Below are positions 1 through 9,537 of a stretch of DNA of 64,000 bases, piece by piece (position 1 is the stretch's first letter; every line of letters begins with the position of its first letter). This DNA is from a virus (Duplodnaviria > Caudoviricetes). A program made the translations under genes and the position numbers. Location of the stretch: IMG/VR virus record IMGVR_UViG_3300024283_000001, positions 1,554-65,553 of that record; one strand, written 5' to 3'. The notes under the pieces were generated by a model, which saw only the letters and a program-made list of their open reading frames with translations, did no database searches and was not told the origin of the DNA.

Positions 1-376
1 AATAAAACTGCTGCGGATTGCCGTTGTCATCCATCGCCGGCAGGTTGATCGGATTCATCGTTCGGCTTGCGCCCAGGTGGACGACGTGCGGCTGCGTGAA
101 AGAAGGGTCCGTGTCATATTCGACAAAGTAGTGAAGATTTTTCTGTATCGGATTGTTGTCCGTGATCACCGCGTGGACCAGGCCGGTCCCGTTCGTCTTC
201 ACGTTGAGTTGCTGAATAGTGGGAGGAGTTGCCACCATCCCGGTTGCATCCGCACCGACGCTCGTGGCCAGGTTGTTCACGCCTTCCTGGATTTTTCCGA
301 CCAGGTCGTCGAGATACTGACCGAAATCAGGAATCTGTTTTATCCAGACGCGCTCTCTATCGAGATTCAGAGGCAT
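1..376 (-). CDS. Hypothetical virion protein, truncated by window edge (MPLNLDRERVWIKQIPDFGQ...)
   Basis: Manual translation: ATG at 376 after AGGAG SD, open to position 1; directly follows nozzle gene; not in ORF track. Confidence 0.7.
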   Translation of the reverse strand, partial: MPLNLDRERVWIKQIPDFGQYLDDLVGKIQEGVNNLATSVGADATGMVATPPTIQQLNVKTNGTGLVHAVITDNNPIQKNLHYFVEYDTDPSFTQPHVVHLGASRTMNPINLPAMDDNGNPQQFY

Positions 377-384
377 TTCCGCTC

Positions 385-3300
385 CTACTGATTCACGCCG
401 CGGACAGGGCTCCACGGGTCTTTCGACATGACAACCACCAGGCGCGAAAGGCTAAAGCCGGCGCCGATCGCATTCGAATTGAAGGCGATGAATAGCCTGT
501 TCCCGGTTTCGTTCATCGGAAGTTCGGTGTCGCCATCGGTGCTCGCCGGCAGCGTCAGATTCGGCAGCAGCACGTGGGCATAGGCCGTGTCGAGAGTGTT
601 CGGATATACCGTGATGGCCACAGCGCCGGAACCGTCGATGAGGATCAACATATATTCGAAGACGTACCTGGTCACGCCAAGTTGCCGGCCTTCGCCAGTC
701 TCGCTCGGTACAAATCCGGCCGTGAAATAAAGCTGATTGATCGCGGTGCCGTCATCCTGCAGCAGCCCATCGATGAGTTCGTAAATCTTCCCCGTGTGAT
801 CGGAGTTCCCGAGCATCAAAGGCAGCGTGTTGTCCGCGCGCTGAATGAATGCCGCGCAAGGCGACTTCATGATCCACACGGACCACTTCCGCACGATATC
901 CGAGGCCACCAATTTTCCCGAATAGCTTCTGTGGACCTGGACGCTGCTCGCGAGCTCGTTCGAAGTGTTAATTTGCTTGTAGTTCAGTTCGAGCACGACG
1001 TTCGGCGTCGAAGGATTATTGTCGGTGAGCAGCCCGGCCGGCAACCAGGTGGGAGTTTGGCCCAGGGAATTCAAAGCCTTCAGTGGCACGCCCACGAGAA
1101 TGCGGCGATTCGTGACGTCGTTGCGGACCCAAATCGTCTGCTTGAAGGCCCAGTTGATCTGATTCCAGACCGACTGAATTTCTTCGCTGAGTTTTATCGG
1201 CTGGCCGCCGTTGAAGATAAATAGACCTGGAAGGCCGGCGATCAGTGCCCATTCTTCACCCGAGTTCGGGTCGTCAATTCCCGAGGTCACCGCATACGGG
1301 CCGGCCGCGCCAACAGAGTTCGAAATTACCCGCGGGATCGTCCAGTTCGCCGGCTCTGTCGTGTTGTTATCGGATACGGACACGAAAGATCCGGTTTTCA
1401 CCAGGTAAAGATTGCCAAACAACGTGAACGCGGTGACGACGGGCTGCTGATTCTGCTGGTTCGCCTTCACCACGCCGGTGATCCTGTCGAACTGTTCAAA
1501 GGCATCGGTATAGCTGCCGATCACCTGCGCATTTAGGTTCGGTGTCTCGGTTGGGAACGGTTCGATGCGGTCAATCTGAATCTGGACGCCGTTTGGAATC
1601 GCTGCAGCATAAATTCGGATCAGCAGGTCTGCCGGCACGGGCGCAAGTGCGGAAGTAAGCAGTGTCCCGGTGAAAATCTGCATCGTGCTACCGATCGAGT
1701 TCAGTGCCAGTTGGAATTTACCGACCGAAAGCTGGCTCGAGGGGCTGAAAAGGTCGATCACCAGGTTCCCGGAGGCCGCACCGGTAGGACACGAGCAAGT
1801 TACGCGCACGCTGTAGGTCGTCGAGGCTTCGAATATCGGGGTGAGGAACTCATCCTCGAACGCCGGCTGCGTAATCATCCCGTAAAGCGCTTGAAGGATT
1901 CCCGACTGATTGAAAATCTGGAATGCATTTCCGAATTGTGGCGAAGCTACGACGGTGCTGCCGGCGCCGTTCGTCGGATCCGTCGTCCAGCCGGCCGGTA
2001 CAAGCGCTGTGCTTCCAGAACCACCCGAAATGCCGCCATCGAAAGAGCAGTTCAGTAGGTTGAACACTTTATTCTGTTCGCCGACTGCAAAAATCCGCTG
2101 GCTGTATGGAATCAGGGCCACAGAACTACCGAGTTCGAAGTTTTCGAAGAGGTTATTTCCCTCAATGTCGATCTGATCGGCGGCCAAGAGCACGCCATCC
2201 GAGAAACTAAGCGTCACGCTGGCGGTTGTGTTGTCATTCACCCAGGTAGAAGAGTTCGTGACGTCGGTCCCGTTATTGTTCACGACCACGGGTTGCGGAA
2301 TGTTGTAGAAATTCCCGCCGTTTGCGGCCGTCAGATGGATCACTCGAGCGATCACGTTCGATGGCCCGGCCAGTAAACCGGAAATCGTGATGGTGGAGGC
2401 CCCGGCCGTTACATCGAAGGTCGCAATCGGCGAAGGCTGTGTCAGGAACCCGTTCCTTGTGAGGAAGGAATAGCAGACCTTCCGCACGCCGGCGCCGATG
2501 ATCCCTGAAGTGACGAGATTGCCCGTGAACACGTTCCCTACGATTACGAGCGGGTCAAATTTGAAGATGGTGCCGAAGATAACGCCCGAGCCATTTTCGG
2601 CCGCGGAACTCACGTCGCTCCCGAACAAGCTGATCGAGAACGACCCTGGGGATGCCGAATCGATCGCCACGTTCGATTGATTGAAAATTCCGTTCCCATT
2701 GAGCGTGCCCGTGATGGTCACAAGCTGGCCAGCGACAGGAGCGGTTCCGCTGATCAGTGTGAATCCGTAGGTGGCCACATTTCCGTTCAGCACTGTGCTA
2801 GTGATCTGAAGCTGTGAAGCGTTGGGCGTTGCGTTCACCGTCCAGCTTCCATCGTAGCCGGCCGTTGGCGCCCCTCCGGTCCCGGAAATTTGAAGCGCCC
2901 CGCCAACCTGTAAATTTGGAACCTGCGCGGCCGTGGTAAGAGTCGCCGTTGTCACCTGATAAGTGCCCGATGGCGCATGGGCTTCGATGTGGTTCGCCTG
3001 GTTGATCGACTGCGACGTCGGCATGATCACAGTGAAATACCAGCGGCTCTGCGCGGCTCCAGGAGGCACGCCCTGGCCAGTACCGGTGATGACATAGTCG
3101 CCATTCACCGTCTGCCCTGCGAACTGTGACGGGTCGATCGCTGCAAGTTCGACGCCGGCGCCGATCACCAGGTCTGGATCTGCAAGAGCCTGGTTATTCG
3201 TGCCAACGTAATAGACCGTCAGGACGTTGCCGGCAACGGTGCTGCCAGGCCCTGCGGACCACAAGATCCCCGAAAGGTGCCCAGGATTCGCCACGTCGCT

Positions 3301-4971
3301 CTTTACGGTGGGCTGCGTAATCGAAACGATCGTGCTGGCCCCCGAAGAAGAAGAAGCGCTCGGTGGCGCGCCAGGCCCGACCTGCGAAAGCCTGTCGAAG
3401 TTCGGGGGTGTATAGGTCCGCGGCATGTCTGTGCCGTTCAGCAGATTCGAAAGGGCGATGAATTCGCGGTCATCGACGGTGGCCGATTGCGCGAAAGTAT
3501 CCGGCTCGATCGCGGTATATACACCATTCAGCACGCCAGGGCTGTTGATTGCATCTTCCTGGTAGAACACGCCATCGCTGCCCAGGGCCAGCGTGAGCAC
3601 CTCGCCCCCGGTTTCAGCGAACGTTTTCAGGTAATTGAAACTCGGCGGTGGATTTGGTGTTACGAACACTTTCAATTTCACGGCATAAATGTTGAAGGTC
3701 GCATTCGCGGCACTTGCACTGGCCACGATATTCACGGTGAGATTCGGGTTGTTCACCACCGCAGGCGTCAGAGTAAATCCGAAGTTCGATAGCGGCGTGC
3801 CGAGCACGATCGTTCCATCGGCCGCAGGAAGCTGGCCAGAAAGGGAGGCCGCTGAAACCCCTCCACTCACCAGCGTTGCGGTCACAATCGAGTTCGGGTC
3901 CGCGGACGACTGGTTCCCGCTAATTTCAATCTCCATCCCTAGAACGACCTGCGTCGACGGGATATTCAGGGAAAAATTAAGAGACTGCAGTATCTGACTG
4001 ACGCCCGGTGTCGGCGGGGGAGAAGAGAAATTGACGATTTCCTGTACTTCGCACTGGGCGCTGGCGAAACCACCAGCCTTTGAGATCGTGAGTTGATTGA
4101 TTCCCGCAGGGATGTTCGCAAGGCCCAACAGGAACATATCCCGGCCAGCGATGCCGTTCTGTTGCTTTCCGATCAGCGTGTAATTGTTCCCGAGGTTGTC
4201 GACAGCGGTCACATTGTTCAGGTTGACGGCGCCGAGGTCGTAACAGGTCACGAGAATCGTATGCCCTTGAACCGTGGAGTGTGGAAGATTGACCACCATC
4301 GACGATACTGGGAAAGAGGCAGAATTATTTCCGTGATTGGTGTTAAAGACCGCTGGCGTGGATCCGTTTGTGAAAAATGAAGCGAGAACGCCAGCCCACG
4401 TCTGATTCGGTCCACCAAAAGTTCCAGTGGCAGTAAGTGGGTTCACGCCAGTGAACAGGGCGCTGGCTTGGACACTCACGGAATCGAACATGGCGAAAGG
4501 CGGGGTGTAAACATTGCCAGCCGAATGAAGGGCAAGGAAAGCCCACTCTCCAGCAAGAGTTGGATTCATCGGACCGATGGAAAACCCGGCTTGGGCGACG
4601 CCAGATCCGGCATTCAGTACCTTGTCGACAGGACCAATCGGCCCAGTTCCACCACCAAAGTTCAGCAGCACCGAGGCATAGGTCCCTGGGATGTTCTTCG
4701 TGGCGTTTGTCGGATTCGACCACGCAGCTTCGTTCGGTGCGTTGGGTCCTGCAACGCTCGCAGCGAAGTTCGCCACTTTCTCTATGAAGCTGTTTCCGAA
4801 ATAGAAAATGCTTTGCTTCCCCGGCCGCATGAAGACCTGGCCAAGAATGAAATCGCAATTGATGACGAGGGGGCTCGCGCCCAGGGGAAGAGTCTCAGGC
4901 GATGCTTCGGTGTACAGACCCCCGAGAAGTTCTAGCGGTACGGGGGCTAGAGGTGTGTCTGCATTGTTCAA
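385..4971 (-). CDS. Tail nozzle / head-closure-like protein (P22 gp10 or T7 gp12 type) with large beta-rich insertions, 1528 aa
   Basis: Position after adaptor and fibre genes; C-terminal propeller-like segment (LFIFNGGQPIKLSEEI, GKIYELIDG...DDG) typical of podovirus nozzles; G/S/T/A-rich middle. Confidence 0.6.
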   Translation of the reverse strand: MNNADTPLAPVPLELLGGLYTEASPETLPLGASPLVINCDFILGQVFMRPGKQSIFYFGNSFIEKVANFAASVAGPNAPNEAAWSNPTNATKNIPGTYASVLLNFGGGTGPIGPVDKVLNAGSGVAQAGFSIGPMNPTLAGEWAFLALHSAGNVYTPPFAMFDSVSVQASALFTGVNPLTATGTFGGPNQTWAGVLASFFTNGSTPAVFNTNHGNNSASFPVSSMVVNLPHSTVQGHTILVTCYDLGAVNLNNVTAVDNLGNNYTLIGKQQNGIAGRDMFLLGLANIPAGINQLTISKAGGFASAQCEVQEIVNFSSPPPTPGVSQILQSLNFSLNIPSTQVVLGMEIEISGNQSSADPNSIVTATLVSGGVSAASLSGQLPAADGTIVLGTPLSNFGFTLTPAVVNNPNLTVNIVASASAANATFNIYAVKLKVFVTPNPPPSFNYLKTFAETGGEVLTLALGSDGVFYQEDAINSPGVLNGVYTAIEPDTFAQSATVDDREFIALSNLLNGTDMPRTYTPPNFDRLSQVGPGAPPSASSSSGASTIVSITQPTVKSDVANPGHLSGILWSAGPGSTVAGNVLTVYYVGTNNQALADPDLVIGAGVELAAIDPSQFAGQTVNGDYVITGTGQGVPPGAAQSRWYFTVIMPTSQSINQANHIEAHAPSGTYQVTTATLTTAAQVPNLQVGGALQISGTGGAPTAGYDGSWTVNATPNASQLQITSTVLNGNVATYGFTLISGTAPVAGQLVTITGTLNGNGIFNQSNVAIDSASPGSFSISLFGSDVSSAAENGSGVIFGTIFKFDPLVIVGNVFTGNLVTSGIIGAGVRKVCYSFLTRNGFLTQPSPIATFDVTAGASTITISGLLAGPSNVIARVIHLTAANGGNFYNIPQPVVVNNNGTDVTNSSTWVNDNTTASVTLSFSDGVLLAADQIDIEGNNLFENFELGSSVALIPYSQRIFAVGEQNKVFNLLNCSFDGGISGGSGSTALVPAGWTTDPTNGAGSTVVASPQFGNAFQIFNQSGILQALYGMITQPAFEDEFLTPIFEASTTYSVRVTCSCPTGAASGNLVIDLFSPSSQLSVGKFQLALNSIGSTMQIFTGTLLTSALAPVPADLLIRIYAAAIPNGVQIQIDRIEPFPTETPNLNAQVIGSYTDAFEQFDRITGVVKANQQNQQPVVTAFTLFGNLYLVKTGSFVSVSDNNTTEPANWTIPRVISNSVGAAGPYAVTSGIDDPNSGEEWALIAGLPGLFIFNGGQPIKLSEEIQSVWNQINWAFKQTIWVRNDVTNRRILVGVPLKALNSLGQTPTWLPAGLLTDNNPSTPNVVLELNYKQINTSNELASSVQVHRSYSGKLVASDIVRKWSVWIMKSPCAAFIQRADNTLPLMLGNSDHTGKIYELIDGLLQDDGTAINQLYFTAGFVPSETGEGRQLGVTRYVFEYMLILIDGSGAVAITVYPNTLDTAYAHVLLPNLTLPASTDGDTELPMNETGNRLFIAFNSNAIGAGFSLSRLVVVMSKDPWSPVRGVNQ

Positions 4972-4993
4972 GACGCGGTCCTAAACCCGGAAA

Positions 4994-5023
4994 GGCCAGC
5001 GAGTCCCACCGGACAAGCTGGCC
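4994..5023 (-). terminator. Stem-loop, possible terminator or attenuator
   Basis: GGCCAGC/GCTGGCC arms with inner GTCC/GGAC, followed by TTT on minus strand. Confidence 0.35.
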
Positions 5024-5044
5024 CCTCACGAACTCTGCAGCGCT

Positions 5045-5428
5045 TTAGGCGTTGCGGAGGTAGACAGCTTCGAAGCTGATATTGTCAGCCCACACGCCCG
5101 TGAGCGAGTTGGCGCTCGAAGGCAGTTGCTGCAAGGGAGCCGCGGTCGTGAGCGATCCGTTCGGAGGAATCTGCAAGACCATCAGTCTTCCGGTTGACGG
5201 GATGCGCTGGTAAATGTAGCCAGCCCCCGCACCGGAGCACTGGAATCCGATGAGACCCGTGTTCGAAGTCGGCTGCAAAGCCGCCAAGAGCACGCTATCA
5301 AGTGGGAAACCACCAACCGGGTAAGTGTCCGTTGGCGCGGAAACTTGCAAGCCTCCCCAAAAACTTTGTGTGCGTTGATCGTTCGACTGGGTAAATCCAG
5401 CCTTTACCGAGAGCGTTCCTAGTGCCAT
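5045..5428 (-). CDS. Small putative virion structural protein, 127 aa
   Basis: AGGAG SD, co-oriented in structural operon. Confidence 0.65.
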   Translation of the reverse strand: MALGTLSVKAGFTQSNDQRTQSFWGGLQVSAPTDTYPVGGFPLDSVLLAALQPTSNTGLIGFQCSGAGAGYIYQRIPSTGRLMVLQIPPNGSLTTAAPLQQLPSSANSLTGVWADNISFEAVYLRNA

Positions 5429-5512
5429 GAGATTCTCCTTCTGTTGTCTGCAACCTGCGAAGGACTGCAGTGGCTTTCTTTTTCCTCGTCGATCGACGCA
5501 CGAGTGAAACTT

Positions 5513-6532
5513 TTAAGCGGCCATCGTTAGACCGGGGCCTGTGGCGCGCAATTTCGCGCCATCATAAACAAAACTCTGAACGCTGACGAGATTCGCATCC
5601 GGGGCGATCGGCGAAGCCCCTCTGGAATTTGCAGGGAATGCGAAGGTCCGTCCACCCACACCGTCCTGCGTAAGAATGAAAGTGATTATCTGCCCCGCAG
5701 TCAGATTTGTCACGCTGCATGACGTCACGTTGCCCGTAAGCGTCATCGTGAAGGTAGGCATCGCTGCCAGGCCGGCGTTGAACGTCGGCGTCGCGGAGAA
5801 AGCCACAGCCACCGCCAGAGCGATATCCGCGGCCACCAACGTCCTCGCCGTTACGGCGCCGGCAGCACCACTCGCGGGGCCAGCCAGCACGGTGTTCGGA
5901 TTCTGATTCGCAAAATTGATGTTCAGCGTGAACGTACCGGTGGTCGTGATCGGATTCGTTCCAGTGACCGAGGCCGTGAAGAGGGCGCCAGCACTGACGC
6001 CGAGCGTCACGCTGGTTACTGTTCCAATTCCTGCGGGAAGGTCGGCAGAAACCAACGCTCGGAAACCAGGAGCAGCCGCGCCACCCGATCCTGGGCCTGC
6101 ATACACCAAGTTAGCGTTCTGATTTACCTTCGTGACCGCCAATGTACCGCTGCTCGAAACAGGCGAGCCGGCGACGCTGAACTCGGCTGGCATCGTGAGG
6201 CCCACGCTCGTGACCGACCCACCGCCAGGCGATACGCACTGCTGGTCCACGAAAATAGTCGTGGGGATCCGCGCGATCGGGTCAAACAATACGATGGTGT
6301 AGGTTCCCGTCGCTGCGTAGCAGAACCAGTTTCCGAGGCCATCGGTCTGGACTGGATTCGTCGTCTGATTGATGGGATTCGCGCCGGCGTTGTCCGAATA
6401 GATTGTGGCGAGAGGCGACGGTGGAATCGCCGACGTGTTCGCCGGCTGCGTGCAAATATAAACCGTCACTCCGTCGAGGGCTGGCCCTTGGGCAGAGTTG
6501 ACCGATCCTTGCAGCCTGAAGAATGTTGGCAT
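5513..6532 (-). CDS. Tail fibre-like protein with internal repeat, 339 aa
   Basis: N-terminal attachment-like domain (ATIYSD...NPVQTDGLG) and two VTSV...NQN.N.V.AGP.SG...R.LV.AD repeats typical of fibres. Confidence 0.6.
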   Translation of the reverse strand: MPTFFRLQGSVNSAQGPALDGVTVYICTQPANTSAIPPSPLATIYSDNAGANPINQTTNPVQTDGLGNWFCYAATGTYTIVLFDPIARIPTTIFVDQQCVSPGGGSVTSVGLTMPAEFSVAGSPVSSSGTLAVTKVNQNANLVYAGPGSGGAAAPGFRALVSADLPAGIGTVTSVTLGVSAGALFTASVTGTNPITTTGTFTLNINFANQNPNTVLAGPASGAAGAVTARTLVAADIALAVAVAFSATPTFNAGLAAMPTFTMTLTGNVTSCSVTNLTAGQIITFILTQDGVGGRTFAFPANSRGASPIAPDANLVSVQSFVYDGAKLRATGPGLTMAA

Positions 6533-7353
6533 TAGGTTTGTGTCCCTGTGGACCCGAGACCGGTGTCACCCACAACGTTCGAACCACCGCCCTGGTATGA
6601 AAGTCGCTGATAGTTCTGCGTCTGCGATCGCCGGATGTATTCGTTTGCCATCTCGTCGATCGCCTGGTCGGCCATTGCCGAAACAGAAGCGATGACCTGG
6701 GGATTTGCTCCGCGCGCCCGGCCGTACATCTCGGCCATCAAACAGGCGAGAGCATCCGCAGAATCCAGAATGAAAATTGGCGTGGTAGCAAAGGCCGAAG
6801 CCGGCGTGTTGAGCGGCGGCTGCCCGGAGAGATACCGAATCATGATGTCCTGGGCCTGGAGGGAGCCATTCATCCAGATGGCGAACTGCCGCCATTCCCA
6901 CTGCCCAAGCCACTGGTTCTGATATCCCGACTGCAGCCCACCTGCGGCTTCGGGCATCACGACGAAAGGAAGATTTGAGCCCGTGACCCGCTGCCGCACC
7001 AGGTAGACCTGCATGCAATCGCCCGGCAAGAAAGGAGTCGATGAAGTCGTGGTGCCGTTATTCGTACCGTTGAAGCCGATGTTGATGAAGACTGCGGGGC
7101 TCGCGGCCACAACCGGAGGAATGTTCCCGAGCACGACGCCGTCTTTAATCGGAAAGGTCACGCCTTCGTTGCGAAGCCGGCGCGACAGATTTCTGATTGC
7201 GGAGTTCAGAAATGGAAGAGTGAAGGGGGCGCTATCAGTGGCGATGCGCCCTTGCGTTCCAGAAATCCCAGGGAACGTGTCGTTCACGATTGAACGCCAC
7301 AGGGTGGTGACGTCCTCGATCGTCGGAAACGCACTTGGCTGAACGTTTGTCAC
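6532..7353 (-). CDS. Putative head-tail adaptor (gp4 / tail tubular A-like), 273 aa
   Basis: Size and position between capsid block and nozzle; helical N-terminus (PFLNSAIRNLSRRL). Confidence 0.55.
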   Translation of the reverse strand: MTNVQPSAFPTIEDVTTLWRSIVNDTFPGISGTQGRIATDSAPFTLPFLNSAIRNLSRRLRNEGVTFPIKDGVVLGNIPPVVAASPAVFINIGFNGTNNGTTTSSTPFLPGDCMQVYLVRQRVTGSNLPFVVMPEAAGGLQSGYQNQWLGQWEWRQFAIWMNGSLQAQDIMIRYLSGQPPLNTPASAFATTPIFILDSADALACLMAEMYGRARGANPQVIASVSAMADQAIDEMANEYIRRSQTQNYQRLSYQGGGSNVVGDTGLGSTGTQT

Positions 7354-7373
7354 GATACCCTCACAACTTTCGA

Positions 7374-7435
7374 CTAGGAGGAGGGACGCGCCCCACGAAT
7401 CGGGGGTACGTTGGGATACGGGACCCCCCTCCTAG
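7374..7435. other. Intergenic stem-loop
   Basis: CTAGGAGG/CCTCCTAG arms enclosing further C/G-run pairings. Confidence 0.4.
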
Positions 7436-7441
7436 AAGCTT

Positions 7442-8314
7442 TTAGGACGCCTTTCGGGCCTTTTTCTTCGGCCCTGCGTCAACCAATTCCTCTTCGTCGT
7501 CCTTTGGCGCATCGAGTTCACGCTGCCGCGCAACCATCGCCCTGTACTTCGCCTCGTCCACGATGCAACGCTCGCCAAACGAATTCCGGTGGTACGCGAT
7601 CCCTTCCTTCACCGGTTCGCCGCAGTTCGGGCAGGTGATCATGTGGAAGGACGCCATGTGCCACGGCGCCTGCTTGCCCAGGTAGTCCATCGCAAAATGC
7701 ATGATCGGGCTAATGTTCTTGAGGTCGCCACCGGCCGCAAGCTGCTCGGCCGCTTTGACGTGACCGTTCATCGTCGCTGTTACGCGAGCCCTGAAAATAC
7801 CGATCTCTTTGTCCAGCTTCTCGGTTTCGTCGGGTTTCGTGAGCGACCACCACACGCCGTAGAGATTCAAATTGTTTGCAGAGCCCACGATCGCCGTTTC
7901 GTCGGAATCCCAGTTCTGAACCTGGCTATCCCAGTTCGTGCCCGGGAACGCTCCCGGATTCAGGAGACTCGTTGCCGCTTTCCGGCCATCGACGTTTTTG
8001 TAGTAATACTCCGTCGAGCCCGGCTTTAGATAAGGCTCCTTCACGAACGGCGGCAAAATCGTGTGTGAAAACTTCTGGCCCGGCTTGCATGCGGGGATTA
8101 CAAAGCCTGGGAACAGCGGGGGCTGCGTGACGACATATTCGCGGTCCAGGATGTTGTAAACGTAAATCACATAGCCTGGCTCGCGCCCCTGGTCCTGGGC
8201 TTCGATGATGTTCTCCCCGTGATTTTGGCGCTCCTGCATTGAGAGGGCGTTCTTCTTCGCCGTTCGCTGGTCTTGCGCCAATCTGTGCGTCAGTGGAATT
8301 GCTCCGGTAGCCAT
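7442..8314 (-). CDS. Hypothetical protein with C-terminal CxxC motif, 290 aa
   Basis: Strong GGAGG SD; CPNC...H...C putative Zn site. Confidence 0.75.
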   Translation of the reverse strand: MATGAIPLTHRLAQDQRTAKKNALSMQERQNHGENIIEAQDQGREPGYVIYVYNILDREYVVTQPPLFPGFVIPACKPGQKFSHTILPPFVKEPYLKPGSTEYYYKNVDGRKAATSLLNPGAFPGTNWDSQVQNWDSDETAIVGSANNLNLYGVWWSLTKPDETEKLDKEIGIFRARVTATMNGHVKAAEQLAAGGDLKNISPIMHFAMDYLGKQAPWHMASFHMITCPNCGEPVKEGIAYHRNSFGERCIVDEAKYRAMVARQRELDAPKDDEEELVDAGPKKKARKAS

Positions 8315-8332
8315 TCTTTCCTCCCGATATTT

Positions 8333-9103
8333 TTAGTGTCTCGCGACCGGTCGGTCGCCTTGAGCCATGCCCCGATTGAATGCAGGTTTGCGGCCGCCAC
8401 GGCTCATGCGGTCCCACACCTTTTGGATCTGCTGCATCTTGCGGTCGAGCAAGGACGTTCGAATCCCCTGCCGGCTGTAAGACACTGGACCCCAATACCG
8501 CGGCATGTTCTGTTCGAGCACGTCCGCGATAAAATCCGTTTGCTGTTTCTCTTCGATTGCCCTGTTGGCCGCGCGAAGGTCCGCTTTCTGTTGCTGAGAA
8601 AGATTGGCGTACTGCACCATGAGCGGAATCAGCTTGTCGATCAGAAAATGCGAAAGCGGGAAATGCGTAACGACCAGTTTCCCGCGCACGAACTCCTTCG
8701 AAATCAGCGGTTGAACTACCTCATAGCGGCCGCGGTACGGATACTCGCCCGTGACATAGAAGCCTTTCGGTGCTTCGATGCGCTCGCCGGTGTCCGGGTC
8801 AACTTTCGTTTCAGTAGAAACGTAGCTGTTGAGGTAGTAGGCGCGCGGAGAGCCATACTCGAGCGGTGAATGCCAGCGCATGATGACCCAACAGGGCTGC
8901 CCGTGGCACTGGTAACGATTCCGATAGCCGAGGCGTTCGTTGCCCTTTTTGTCGCGCCAGGTATTTCCCAAACGGATGAATTGCGATTGGCCCCAAACGA
9001 TCTTGAAGTGCGGATCGCCGAACTGATTTCTGCCAAACATCCGCGTGAGCCTCGCCTGAAACTCTACCGGGCATCGCCGCGTTTCTGGGCCTCTTATGTG
9101 CAT
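8333..9103 (-). CDS. Hypothetical phage protein, 256 aa
   Basis: Long co-oriented ORF overlapping groES stop. Confidence 0.75.
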   Translation of the reverse strand: MHIRGPETRRCPVEFQARLTRMFGRNQFGDPHFKIVWGQSQFIRLGNTWRDKKGNERLGYRNRYQCHGQPCWVIMRWHSPLEYGSPRAYYLNSYVSTETKVDPDTGERIEAPKGFYVTGEYPYRGRYEVVQPLISKEFVRGKLVVTHFPLSHFLIDKLIPLMVQYANLSQQQKADLRAANRAIEEKQQTDFIADVLEQNMPRYWGPVSYSRQGIRTSLLDRKMQQIQKVWDRMSRGGRKPAFNRGMAQGDRPVARH

Positions 9104-9468
9104 CGTTTCACGCTGGCGTACACTTCCTCGTCACGGACCAGCTTCAGTTCTGCGTCACCCGTCAATTCCTCGATATCCTCGAGGTCGATCGGGAAGTTCG
9201 TGAAGATCACGAAATCCCCAGGAGAGAGGTCGGTAATTTTCTCGGATACTGCCACCACGATCCCGCGCTGTGATTTCGGCTTTCCCTTGTCCATCAAGAA
9301 GAAGTCTTCGCCAGGGGTGATCACGCCGCCCTCGGTTTTCTTCTCCTCTTCCCGGTACTGCCGAATCAAAACCCACTCGTGCCGCGGAGAGATCGCCCAC
9401 TTTTCCTTGCGTTCGCCGTTGTCTTCGAAACGCCGGCGATCCACCGTCGTTACAGATTGATTTTCCAC
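9094..9468 (-). CDS. groES: GroES/Cpn10-like co-chaperonin, 124 aa
   Basis: ISPRHEWVLI...EEEKKTEGGVITPG...KPKSQRGIVVAV...PGDFVIF matches Cpn10 pattern; immediately downstream of capsid gene. Confidence 0.8.
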   Translation of the reverse strand: MENQSVTTVDRRRFEDNGERKEKWAISPRHEWVLIRQYREEEKKTEGGVITPGEDFFLMDKGKPKSQRGIVVAVSEKITDLSPGDFVIFTNFPIDLEDIEELTGDAELKLVRDEEVYASVKRCT

Positions 9469-9491
9469 AATTTCCCCCGATTAGAAATGGT

Positions 9492-9513
9492 GGGGAGGGC
9501 GTTACTCCTCCCC
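9492..9513 (-). terminator. Hairpin after major capsid gene
   Basis: GGGGAGG/CCTCCCC 7-bp stem about 25 nt after the capsid stop; weak U tail. Confidence 0.45.
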
Positions 9514-9537
9514 CGTTCGCACGCAGGTAGGAACTGG

